A stretch of DNA of 64,000 nucleotides from Candidatus Aminicenantales bacterium (GTDB taxonomy: Bacteria > Acidobacteriota > Aminicenantia > Aminicenantales > UBA4085). Made by a program: the position numbers and the translations under genes. This document shows, one piece after another, positions 54,838 to 63,802 of this stretch. Each line of letters opens with the position of its first letter. Positions within the stretch are counted from its first letter, which is position 1. The notes below the pieces were generated by a model. It worked only from the letters and a program-made list of their open reading frames with translations, was not told the origin of the DNA and ran no database searches. The stretch spans positions 268,599 through 332,598 of the forward strand of contig JBEKTZ010000001.1 of NCBI GenBank assembly GCA_049515535.1, read 5' to 3'.

Positions 54838-54871
54838 CAAAAAAAGGGTTATGTTTTTCATAACCCCTTTT
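54838..54871 (-). terminator. Intrinsic terminator
   Basis: gggttatg/cataaccc stem with A/T tracts right after the stop of 54870-55406. Confidence 0.7.
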
Positions 54872-55406
54872 AGTAATCAATAAATGTACCGTCCTTTTTG
54901 AGCATGAATCGTGCCATGGTGGAGGAACTATTTGCGTCGGGGAATCCCTGCATTGTATTGACCATAATCTTGGCCAACTCTTGAGTAAATCCCGTCTCCA
55001 CAACTTTCAATGTGAATTTGTAGCCCACAAGGTTGGTTCCTTTGTCTACGCCATCGTATCGAGCTGGATCGTATGCTAAAATACAATATGTCCCGGCCGC
55101 ATACTTTTTGTTGAGTCTGCCCGTGAAATTATAATCATTAACTCTTGTGGAGTCAAGTACCCGATCATAATTTCCGCCACCATATAAATCAAAACACACA
55201 CCTGGAGTATCAACCAACTTTTTCACATCTACTACCCCAACTCTCGTGTATGCGTATTCTAACGTGTAATAACTGGCTGGTTCGGGCGGTTGAGGCGTTG
55301 TGGGGGCTTTATCGCAGACAGCGAGAATTAGAACACCGGCAAAAACAGCGAAGGCAGTAATAATCAGCGCTCCAAGCCAACTGATTAATCTTCTCACTCC
55401 TATCAC
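54870..55406 (-). CDS. Hypothetical exported protein/lipoprotein
   Basis: Hydrophobic N-terminus then C-D-K and Pro-rich linker; beta-rich body; start 55406 or 55397. Confidence 0.6.
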   Translation of the reverse strand: MIGVRRLISWLGALIITAFAVFAGVLILAVCDKAPTTPQPPEPASYYTLEYAYTRVGVVDVKKLVDTPGVCFDLYGGGNYDRVLDSTRVNDYNFTGRLNKKYAAGTYCILAYDPARYDGVDKGTNLVGYKFTLKVVETGFTQELAKIMVNTMQGFPDANSSSTMARFMLKKDGTFIDY

Positions 55407-55454
55407 CTCCTATCACTCGCCCTCGCAAGCCCTCAACATTGCGAAAGTATTTAT

Positions 55455-56105
55455 TTATTTGGATATCAAGAGATCCTTCTCTCTAGCAGCAATTTCCTCA
55501 AAAGTCACGTTGGGATTTTCCTTGTACATTGTCATAAATAGATTTGTATTTTTTAATATGAACCGAATAATATATTCTGGCTTGATTCCCTTATTGCTGT
55601 GCCCCAAGTCTCGTCTAATAGCAAGGAAGAGATCAACCATTTTTATCATGGATTTCGCTTTTGGGGTATTGCCTTGTGATGTTAATTCCGCATTCCACTC
55701 CGCATAAGTTTTTATCACTCTGGGACCAGACCAAAGAACTAATTTGCGATGAGTTTCATGAAGAAAAGGTACTAAGTTCCCAGTCTTTTTGCTTTGTTGA
55801 TCATCGCCTGAAAAGATTTCAAATAGCTTTTTAAGAAAATCATCATAAAGACCGATTTTTTTATCTCTATGCGCAACTTCCCTGTCTTTCTTTGCTTCAA
55901 AATAACGGGCAAGCACAACCGTAAAAACTGAAGATAAAACAGCTATTACGCCAGCTATTATCGCAGCTGAAACTTCGGGTACGGAAGCGTTCAGAAGTTG
56001 AAAGAAAAAGGCACCTATTTTATACAAGCCATAAAAGATGAAAATGATTATTGCGAAGAAAAATACCAAAATTAAAGATGTTTTCCATTTATTCTTTGAT
56101 TTCAT
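55455..56105 (-). CDS. Hypothetical protein with two N-terminal TM helices
   Basis: 216-aa ORF, two hydrophobic segments then soluble helical domain. Confidence 0.65.
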   Translation of the reverse strand: MKSKNKWKTSLILVFFFAIIIFIFYGLYKIGAFFFQLLNASVPEVSAAIIAGVIAVLSSVFTVVLARYFEAKKDREVAHRDKKIGLYDDFLKKLFEIFSGDDQQSKKTGNLVPFLHETHRKLVLWSGPRVIKTYAEWNAELTSQGNTPKAKSMIKMVDLFLAIRRDLGHSNKGIKPEYIIRFILKNTNLFMTMYKENPNVTFEEIAAREKDLLISK

Positions 56106-56283
56106 TTTCTATCCCCCATCGGTAACCCTCGGATTGTATTATAACAAAATACCATGTTTATTTTCTCATCCTCTTCAACGCCTGAAGGATGACCTGCGCC
56201 ACGGCTTCCCGTTTCGCTTTCTTCTTGTTTATTTTCTGCTTATTATTTCTGAATTATGTCTTATATCTATAATCTCATTCTTC

Positions 56284-57051
56284 CTAGTCTTGTTTTCTGC
56301 CGCTTTCTTTTGGAATATTGCTATTTCTATGAACAGTCGTTTCAATATCTATTAATCCCCCAGCCTCGTTTTCCTTTTTTATTGGTTGGACAATACTCTT
56401 CATCTGGTGCAATAAATTGTTAATAGTCTTAAACCCTGAATACATCGGTCCGAACAAGAAATAAATTATCATTCCAGAGAAAATAAGGCTTGAATTAATG
56501 CTTAGCAAGAATAATTCATCATTCCGGTTTACCATGTTTTTATTTATGTCTAGCATTTTCGTGTACCAAGTCATGAGCGCACCCGCATAAACGATTAATA
56601 CCGTAACCATTAATTGTTTCACGGCAGAGATAGCCTCTTTCAGATATTCAATCTGCACTGTTGACTCATAAGTCATCTGACGCGGATCAAGAGAATATGT
56701 ATCTAGTTTATCTTGAATTGCAATAGTTGCTATTGACATAATTATGACATAGCCACAAACCACTGTTATATTCATATGGGGAATCTCAGGTGTAAATATT
56801 GGAAGCGTCAAGAGATATGCAAAACCAAATGGGATAAGGCTCCAATACAATTCACGGATACGTTTGGTTTTTTGAAGAATTATTAGTTCAGATATTACGA
56901 GAATTACAATGATTGGGATAGTTAAAAATTGAAAAGGGTAATATCTTGCCCCATAACTGACATGGGAGGTCAGCTTAGGATCAATAAATATAGGGGCTAA
57001 AATGGAAATAATATACCCCACAAAATACGCGAAAAAAAGAACGCGTTTCAT
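56284..57051 (-). CDS. Hypothetical polytopic membrane protein
   Basis: 255-aa AT-rich ORF with about six hydrophobic segments. Confidence 0.6.
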   Translation of the reverse strand: MKRVLFFAYFVGYIISILAPIFIDPKLTSHVSYGARYYPFQFLTIPIIVILVISELIILQKTKRIRELYWSLIPFGFAYLLTLPIFTPEIPHMNITVVCGYVIIMSIATIAIQDKLDTYSLDPRQMTYESTVQIEYLKEAISAVKQLMVTVLIVYAGALMTWYTKMLDINKNMVNRNDELFLLSINSSLIFSGMIIYFLFGPMYSGFKTINNLLHQMKSIVQPIKKENEAGGLIDIETTVHRNSNIPKESGRKQD

Positions 57052-57252
57052 CTTCTCAGATCTTCGAAATTACTATCGTTAATATATATTATAGATCGGC
57101 TTTTTTCAATTTCACAATTAAATTAACCTAATATCGTTCTGCATTATTAGCCGAAAGCCAAGGGGGAATTACTATATCGCTCGATAAATTATTTATCTTT
57201 CTTACGTTATCTGAGATTTGAATCAAAGCATATTGCTCCTACCATTTGGTAA

Positions 57253-59439
57253 TTATTCCTTCTCCCTCATTCTCTTCATCGCCTGCAAAATCACATTCGC
57301 CACGGCCTCTCGTTTAGCTTTTTTCTCGTCCTCGCTCGCCGCTTGGTATTGAACTTTGACCTTATAACCCTTGACCCTTTCTTCCTTGGTCAATTCGGCG
57401 GCGGATTCTTCTTCAAGGAACATTAACAGCTCTTCGGGCTGAAAGAAATAAATCTTTTTTTGTTCTGATTCCGCGATATTTTTAGACGCGAGAGCCTTGA
57501 TACTTTCTAACGTTTTTTTATCTGGCGAGCAAACTATAACCTTCTCATAACCGGCCGCCAGACATTTCTTAATATTCTTAAGCTCCTGATCTTCTGTCGA
57601 GGTTATAGAGATTTCACAAGCAATCTTTCTTCCGTCCCGCTCAAGGCTGACATCTACCTTGCCTGATCCGTCAAGAACGGGAAGCTCGATTGTAGCTTTG
57701 TATCCCTTGTCCTCTGCGATCTTCTTAATAAGATTCTGAAGATACCGATGCTGAGAAACGGATTTATCTTTTAGAAGCGCGGGCTCTACTTTAGGTTGTT
57801 TTTTTTCTTCGGGAATCTCTGGGACTTTTTCTTTCGGAGGGACAGCGACTTTTGCTATTTCTGTTTCTTTTTTTTGTATTTCTTTCTTATATTCTTTTCT
57901 GTACGGTTTCGCTCTTTCGCTAATTTGTGTCTCTCTCGCCATGCTTTCGGCGGCGAGCTTTTCCCGCTCCACAACATATTTCCGACCAAAGGGAATAGAT
58001 TTAAACCATTTCTCAAACTGCTCTTCTGTCTGCCCAAGTATCTCGGTAAATACCTCTTGGGCGGTTTCAATATAAACCGTATTAATGGGAATAACGCCGC
58101 CCTCGATTTTATGCTTTACATAGCAGATTCTCGGTTCAAGGGTCTGAAGCTCTTTGAAATGCTGCTCCCATTCTTCGCTCAAGCTCCAAAAAACAGGACT
58201 CAACTTCCTTACGGTCTTGACTTCCTGGCCCGAATACTCGAAGGCTTCTTTGGCGAGTGTTTGGGAATCGTATCGGTTGAGCCGAAAATAAACTTGGATT
58301 CCTGTATTTCCTAAAATCAGGCTTCTTAGCTCTTCAGGGATCTGCGCCAAGGTCTGATGGGCCATGATTAAAGAAAGACCGTATTTCCGGGCTTCGGACA
58401 AAATAACCGAAAACGACTCGCTGGCAAAACTTTGAAACTCGTCGATGTACATATAAAAAGGAGTTCGTTTCTTTTGCGGAAGGTCTGAGCGCGAGAACGC
58501 GGCCATCTGGATTTTCGCCATAAATAAGGAGCCCAAGAGATCGGCTGAATCCTTGAGCTTGCCCTTGTCGAGTTTTATGAGGACGATCTTTTGATTGTCA
58601 ATCGCTTCTCGCATATTAAAAGAGCTTTTCGGATGAGACAAAATGTATCTTATCCTATCATCCACAAGAAAAGCGTTGATCTTATTCAGCGTACTTTCTG
58701 CCCAAAACGCCCTCATCTTGGGCGTCCAGGAATTAAAAACTTTGAAATACTGCCGTGTAACGGGATTGCGGATATTCAATACAACGCTTTCTCGGAAGTA
58801 GTAATCCGTAAGCAGAAGCGGAAGCTCTGCCAGAGTCATATTGTTTTCCGAAAGCGCGATAAAAGAGTTTATCAGCATCTCTTCCATCCTCGCGCCCCAG
58901 GAATCCTTCCAAATTGTCTTTAACGCGCCGACAAGCTCGCCAGCAAGCTCAGCTTCGGAAATGCCGGGGATTCTCTCTAATGGATTGAACGTGACCGTAT
59001 AATTCGGGTCTGTTGGGTCAATAAGAATAACCTTGTCTGTTATCTCCGAATCGTCCGGGCTGTATTGCAGGATCAAAAAGCCTTTAACGTCTTCGATTAA
59101 ATCGCCGTGCGGATCAATAACTCCGAAGCCGTTTCCTTTCTCAATATCCTGCTTAATCAGGTATTCTAGAAATTTTGTCTTGCCCGTTCCGGTAGCCCCG
59201 ACAACGTATAAGTGCGTAGCTCGGTCTTTTTCAGCGATTTTAGCCAGCTGGAATTCGTCTTTGTTTTCGGAATAGTACCAACCGAGGTTAAGAGTTTTTT
59301 CGGATTCTTTGTCGGATTTATTTTCGATCTGATTTATAGATTCTTCTTCAACGGGTTTTTGTTCAGCTTTTTCTTCAGGCGGAGCGGACTCGTTGGGATC
59401 TTCGAAAAGCTGAATCATTTTCCTTTTGAATAGACCCAT
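57253..59439 (-). CDS. VirD4/TraD-like (type IV coupling protein-like) ATPase with C-terminal extension
   Basis: THLYVVGATGTGKT, VIDPHGDL, FNPL, YIDEFQ, SEARKYGLSLIMAHQ, LGNT. Confidence 0.85.
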   Translation of the reverse strand: MGLFKRKMIQLFEDPNESAPPEEKAEQKPVEEESINQIENKSDKESEKTLNLGWYYSENKDEFQLAKIAEKDRATHLYVVGATGTGKTKFLEYLIKQDIEKGNGFGVIDPHGDLIEDVKGFLILQYSPDDSEITDKVILIDPTDPNYTVTFNPLERIPGISEAELAGELVGALKTIWKDSWGARMEEMLINSFIALSENNMTLAELPLLLTDYYFRESVVLNIRNPVTRQYFKVFNSWTPKMRAFWAESTLNKINAFLVDDRIRYILSHPKSSFNMREAIDNQKIVLIKLDKGKLKDSADLLGSLFMAKIQMAAFSRSDLPQKKRTPFYMYIDEFQSFASESFSVILSEARKYGLSLIMAHQTLAQIPEELRSLILGNTGIQVYFRLNRYDSQTLAKEAFEYSGQEVKTVRKLSPVFWSLSEEWEQHFKELQTLEPRICYVKHKIEGGVIPINTVYIETAQEVFTEILGQTEEQFEKWFKSIPFGRKYVVEREKLAAESMARETQISERAKPYRKEYKKEIQKKETEIAKVAVPPKEKVPEIPEEKKQPKVEPALLKDKSVSQHRYLQNLIKKIAEDKGYKATIELPVLDGSGKVDVSLERDGRKIACEISITSTEDQELKNIKKCLAAGYEKVIVCSPDKKTLESIKALASKNIAESEQKKIYFFQPEELLMFLEEESAAELTKEERVKGYKVKVQYQAASEDEKKAKREAVANVILQAMKRMREKE

Positions 59440-59479
59440 TCGCTTGAGTATATTCTACACAAAAAAAGAAGGAATTACC

Positions 59480-60004
59480 TTAAGAAATTCCCAGAAACCC
59501 TTTGGATTTGCGGTCGATCTGTGAGGTATCTTGACCCTTCCCCGTCATCATTTTTTCGATCGCCTTCAGCATGCAATGATGAACAACGGTCGCGTAAGCG
59601 TTCAGGTCCTGCTGTTGAAAAATATCGAGGTTCAGGGAAAGGGCTTTGTCCGAAGCGCCGCTGGTCAGGACATTGGAGAGCTTTTTCGAAAAGAAGCCCG
59701 GCTCGCAAGTCATAAACCAGGAGATGTCTAAGGCTTTTCCGTAATCCCTCGCCCCGATAAACATCCGATAATCGCCCAGAGCGTCGTTTTCGACCATCAA
59801 ATAGCTTCGCTCGTTGCCCAAGATGCCCTTGAGCCAGCTCGGCCTGACCTTAACACGATCAAAAGTGATGCCCGGAGCTTGCATTTCTTTAACATTGGCT
59901 TCAGTATCCGTGTAAATCTGCTCTGCCAGACCCTGGGCATCCTCGACGATCATAGACCAGCGATCTATGATCTTCTCGTCTTTAAGCGTGATTTTTCCAA
60001 ACAT
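59480..60004 (-). CDS. Hypothetical element backbone protein
   Basis: AAGGAGG RBS before ATG 60004; co-oriented upstream of the VirD4-like gene. Confidence 0.7.
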   Translation of the reverse strand: MFGKITLKDEKIIDRWSMIVEDAQGLAEQIYTDTEANVKEMQAPGITFDRVKVRPSWLKGILGNERSYLMVENDALGDYRMFIGARDYGKALDISWFMTCEPGFFSKKLSNVLTSGASDKALSLNLDIFQQQDLNAYATVVHHCMLKAIEKMMTGKGQDTSQIDRKSKGFLGIS

Positions 60005-60051
60005 AGGAGCCTCCTTTTTTAAGTTCTCGCTCGCCCGTTCCGTCCCCGAGC

Positions 60052-60078
60052 AAAAACAAAAAAGGGACGCCACCCTTT
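60052..60078 (-). terminator. Intrinsic terminator-like hairpin
   Basis: Minus strand AAAGGG-tggcgt-CCCTTT then TTTGTTTTT. Confidence 0.6.
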
Positions 60079-60157
60079 ATATTGCTAATTTCTATGAATA
60101 CCTATTCCCATTGGCGCGGATTCTACAGGAAGCGATTATTAAAAGGCAAGGACTATT

Positions 60158-60226
60158 TCACTTGCTCGTTTTGGATAAAGATAAAGAGACTCGCTGCTCC
60201 ATAAAAGATAGTCTTCCTTCTTTCAT
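60158..60226 (-). CDS. Unannotated 22-aa ORF MKEGRLSFMEQRVSLSLSKTSK, candidate radical SAM substrate peptide
   Basis: Read by hand; GGGGAGGAAAGGTCTATT precedes ATG; starts 57 nt downstream of rSAM stop. Confidence 0.5.
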   Translation of the reverse strand: MKEGRLSFMEQRVSLSLSKTSK

Positions 60227-60283
60227 AATAGACCTTTCCTCCCCATATATTTTTTCGTATAATACTCTTTATAATTATAATAT

Positions 60284-61369
60284 TTACGGTATTTCTTCCG
60301 TAACTCCTCTTAAGCCATCACCATATATGTCGTCAATACTATAATTCCTCAACCCAGCAATTTCTTTAATTTCATCAATATGTTGATTGATTGTTGTTAT
60401 TAAATATTTTGTTAATTCGCAATAAACCCTTTTCTGGTCCACGGAATACTCCAAGAGGCATTTTCTGCATCGTCCCAAACAAATGTTTGTAACCTCGCAT
60501 TTCCTGCAATCCTCAAAAATATCCTCATGAGTTTCCTCAGGCATGTTTTGGGTGCCATTATTAATATTTCCCAGTATCCCCTTTTCCGATCCTATATACT
60601 CATCGCAAATATAAATACTGCCATCTAATCCGATCGCTTTGTAATGATTCGTCGTCCCGCAACGAAACGATTTTCCATTATTGTTATAATCAAAAACTAG
60701 AGAGGAAACTATGACCTGGAAAGGAATAATTTTGAGTATCTCGCCTTTCTTAAAATGATCTAACCACAAATCAAATAATTCAGATACACCCTTTTTATAA
60801 TTTACGATGAATTTTTCTTTGTTCTCGAAACTTGGCTTGTTGACGAGTTGCCAATATACAGCGTCGACTTCTTTTAGAATGTTGTTGGCTGAAGAATAAA
60901 TATCGGTTTCTTCTTCTACTGTTATTCTTCCGATCACCGTAGAATAAAGCTGCGGTTTCATCTTTTTAATATTGTCGATAATGACTTTATACGTTCCTTT
61001 TCCTCTGTATTTTTCATGTGCCTTTTGATCACCATCTAAGGATACGAGTATCACGTCCAAACTATTTAGCACTGAGAGCGGAACGCGATCAAGCAACAAT
61101 CCATTTGTATAGACGGCGAAAGAGGCATTTATTGGAGATAGCCTCCTAATGAACTCACCCATTATTTTTGGCTTAAGCAACGGCTCGCCGCCAAAAAATA
61201 CCACCCGGGTTTCTTCGTTTTTATCCTTTTCTTTTATAATATATTTAATTATTTCTTCGATTCGTTTTCTTGATAAATTAAGTTTTTGGTCATTCGATAA
61301 GACCTCTTTTGCTAAACAATACGTACAGCGCATATTGCAGTTATAAGTTAAAAAAATGTAATATTCCAT
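60284..61369 (-). CDS. Radical SAM/SPASM enzyme (resembles putative peptide-modifying AF0577/TIGR04084-like family)
   Basis: CNMRCTYC, FFGGEPLL, YTNG, SLDG; SPASM cysteines FRCG...ICD...CRKCEVTNICLGRC...YC; C-terminal EEIP. Confidence 0.85.
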   Translation of the reverse strand: MEYYIFLTYNCNMRCTYCLAKEVLSNDQKLNLSRKRIEEIIKYIIKEKDKNEETRVVFFGGEPLLKPKIMGEFIRRLSPINASFAVYTNGLLLDRVPLSVLNSLDVILVSLDGDQKAHEKYRGKGTYKVIIDNIKKMKPQLYSTVIGRITVEEETDIYSSANNILKEVDAVYWQLVNKPSFENKEKFIVNYKKGVSELFDLWLDHFKKGEILKIIPFQVIVSSLVFDYNNNGKSFRCGTTNHYKAIGLDGSIYICDEYIGSEKGILGNINNGTQNMPEETHEDIFEDCRKCEVTNICLGRCRKCLLEYSVDQKRVYCELTKYLITTINQHIDEIKEIAGLRNYSIDDIYGDGLRGVTEEIP

Positions 61370-61389
61370 ATCTTATTGACTTTTTAAAT

Positions 61390-62046
61390 TTATTTTCTTT
61401 TTGCTTGAGCCTCGATTCTTTGACGTGCTGGAGCTTGCCTCATACCAAATTCGTCCTTTTTATAATAATTATAAACTGTTACTTTTTGCCCGTGTCGTAT
61501 CTTATACTCGCCGATATCTAATAACTCGGCTGCCCCCCTAGTACCATTTCTCTTTGTTTCTTTCGCTAAATCTTCATGTACCAGAATCTGGTTTTTTCTC
61601 GCCAAACCCATCATTCGATTTGCCATGTTAATTCCAAATCCAAATAAGTTGTTACTTTCGTTCAAATCTACGTACCTGATGTTAGGACCTTTTGCAATTC
61701 CCATTCTTATCGGTATCTTTTTTTTGAGGAGCTCATTATATATATTCAGAGCCATGTCCAGAACGGCTGATGAATGGAAATCAAGCGGATTGAATCCTAT
61801 CGCGTACCCGTCCCCTGTTGGGATTAGAATTAAATGGTTGTGCTTATCTCTTTCATCCCAGTCATAATTACCATAAAGCAGAGAATTTAACACTTTTTCA
61901 ATCGCTTCAATAATTTCTTCCATTTTTTCATTTGTAGGTATTTTGGTGAATCCAACAACGTCAAAAAAAACAACAGTATTGCAAACAGGAAAATGTCTCG
62001 GGATTTTGCCTCTCACATAATCAAAAGGGTCCGTTTTAGTCGTCAT
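61390..62046 (-). CDS. Standalone class III nucleotide cyclase-domain protein
   Basis: FFDVVGFT, PTGDG, IRMGIAKGP, GINMANR, NQILV; GGGGGAGG RBS before ATG 62046. Confidence 0.85.
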   Translation of the reverse strand: MTTKTDPFDYVRGKIPRHFPVCNTVVFFDVVGFTKIPTNEKMEEIIEAIEKVLNSLLYGNYDWDERDKHNHLILIPTGDGYAIGFNPLDFHSSAVLDMALNIYNELLKKKIPIRMGIAKGPNIRYVDLNESNNLFGFGINMANRMMGLARKNQILVHEDLAKETKRNGTRGAAELLDIGEYKIRHGQKVTVYNYYKKDEFGMRQAPARQRIEAQAKRK

Positions 62047-62097
62047 ATTTGCCTCCCCCAATCTAGAACACGTTACGTTCGCTCTCTTACTTCATGA

Positions 62098-62126
62098 AGT
62101 ATAGAAAAAATTAAATGGCTAGTCAA
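62098..62126 (-). promoter_or_regulatory. Sigma70 promoter for the cyclase-rSAM cassette
   Basis: TTGACT(62126-62121)-17-TATACT(62103-62098). Confidence 0.75.
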
Positions 62127-62142
62127 GGGCTTAAAAATGGCT

Positions 62143-62637
62143 TCAAAACGGTGGTGACCATAAATTCACCACAGCCAACGCTACTGCCTCGAACATCCGA
62201 ATAAAATAAAGGTTCTTTTGGACTTTCTCTTTCCCTAAATTGGGAGAGAGTGCAGGATACCGCCTCACAATCTCCTCGATCAGATTCTTTTTATTCAGCT
62301 TCCCGCCTTCGATAAGAGACTTCTCGATTTCTTTAATCGAATACTGACAGACCTTCAGGCCCTTTCGCCGCGCAACGTCTTTAATCTTTTTGGCTACTCT
62401 TAGTAACTTCCCCGTCCTCCTTGCGGGATGGAGTTTTTTAATTGCCAAGACGTTCGGCTGGTATCGGTCGATTATTTCGGAGACGATTCCGATAGCCTTC
62501 TTAATTTTCCCCTCCTTCCACTTCCCCGCCAGGACCTTGATTCCCCAGTCCATAAGCTCTTCGCCGTAGAGGATGGCGAAGCCAAGATATCTCGTTCCGG
62601 GATTAATCCCGATTATTCTTAGAGGTTCTTTTGTCAT
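62143..62637 (-). CDS. RuvC-fold protein with altered catalytic residues
   Basis: IIGINPGTRYLGFAIL, YSIKEIEK, NKKNL, FEAVALA. Confidence 0.7.
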   Translation of the reverse strand: MTKEPLRIIGINPGTRYLGFAILYGEELMDWGIKVLAGKWKEGKIKKAIGIVSEIIDRYQPNVLAIKKLHPARRTGKLLRVAKKIKDVARRKGLKVCQYSIKEIEKSLIEGGKLNKKNLIEEIVRRYPALSPNLGKEKVQKNLYFIRMFEAVALAVVNLWSPPF

Positions 62638-63100
62638 ATCGTTTTAGTAGTCGTCGTATCGGTTTTAAATTATTAAAACCTTCCGTCCCGTTATTCTTGT
62701 TAATTAATTTTATTTCTTTATTATTGTTTATGTTCCCTGGTGTCTCATCCCTTGTATCTCTTTTGTCTCTTACCTGTATCTCGTTTGGCGTATACGGCTT
62801 TAAAAGAAAATATATACAGCGGCCTCTCGTCTTTCGAACTCTCACAAGCTTGAGGTCTTTCAGTATTCTGACTTTTCGGTTAACAGTTTTTCTGCTGAGC
62901 CCTATCCGATCAGCTATCGTCTTTTGAGTCGGAAAGCACGTCTGGCTCTTGGAATTCGCATAAGAGGCCAAGACGTTATAGACCCCGATCCCCGAGCTTC
63001 TAAGAATACGACCGTAATGATTTATAACGGGCTTGCTTACCCAATACCAGTTTTTATCACCCAAGCTTCGTATTTCATTTTCTCGTTTTTCGTTATTCAT
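62603..63100 (-). CDS. Winged-HTH (HTH_36-like) replication-initiator-like protein
   Basis: VYNVLASYAN...CFPTQKTIADRIGLSRKTVNR. Confidence 0.7.
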   Translation of the reverse strand: MNNEKRENEIRSLGDKNWYWVSKPVINHYGRILRSSGIGVYNVLASYANSKSQTCFPTQKTIADRIGLSRKTVNRKVRILKDLKLVRVRKTRGRCIYFLLKPYTPNEIQVRDKRDTRDETPGNINNNKEIKLINKNNGTEGFNNLKPIRRLLKRYDKRTSKNNRD

Positions 63101-63255
63101 AGTTTCAGTAAAACTTCTTACCCCAGACGTGCTCGCAGATGATTTGAGCGACGAGACAAAGATTCCGCCTCATTTCGTCTATGGATTTACAAGATAGCCC
63201 CCGCATTTTGAGAATGCGGCGATACTTTTCATATATGTCTGGGCGTGTCTTTCTT

Positions 63256-63534
63256 TTAGTCATGCTTTCGTCTCAAATATTCTTCTCTCTCCATAATCTT
63301 TCTCTTAATCATCCGGATCAAAGGGAAAAACAAGGCATCTACCAATACGCTGTATATGCCCGACAATTTGATCACGTTAGTCAAGCTCGGCAGGCAGATG
63401 CCTTTTTCCCATCGGGAGATCATTCCCGCACTCTTAAGATTCAGGATTTCCGCGACATCCTTCTGCTTCAATCCTACGGCTTTTCTGTATCTCCTCAGAT
63501 TATTTGGAATCATTTTTATTTCGACCTTTTTCAT
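63256..63534 (-). CDS. XRE-family HTH regulator
   Basis: NNLRRYRKAVGLKQKDVA...ISRWEKG; AAGGAGAG RBS. Confidence 0.85.
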   Translation of the reverse strand: MKKVEIKMIPNNLRRYRKAVGLKQKDVAEILNLKSAGMISRWEKGICLPSLTNVIKLSGIYSVLVDALFFPLIRMIKRKIMEREEYLRRKHD

Positions 63535-63802
63535 GCTCTCCTTGGTTTAATGGTTATACTTTTCAGAATAGGCCGAGCGCGAAGACAAAACAAGACATGA
63601 AAATTTGCCTTTTCAGGCAATTTTTAGGTAAATTTGTTAAAAAGATGTGGAGAATATTAAAAAACCACCGAAAATTGACAAAGTAATAGCGAGCTTTCAC
63701 AAAGACTCTGTTTTTATTTTTTAGGAGAATATTTACAATTTACAAAAAGCATTTTCCAAGAAAGAGTTTTCCGAGAAAGAGAGATTATTATTGGTGCTTT
63801 TA

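Noticed and set aside
60284..61369. Radical SAM as a prokaryotic viperin
   Set aside because: Has a full SPASM cysteine set and an anSME-like layout rather than viperin features
61390..62046. Complete Pycsar system
   Set aside because: No adjacent cNMP-binding TM or TIR effector is visible; only the cyclase fold is supported
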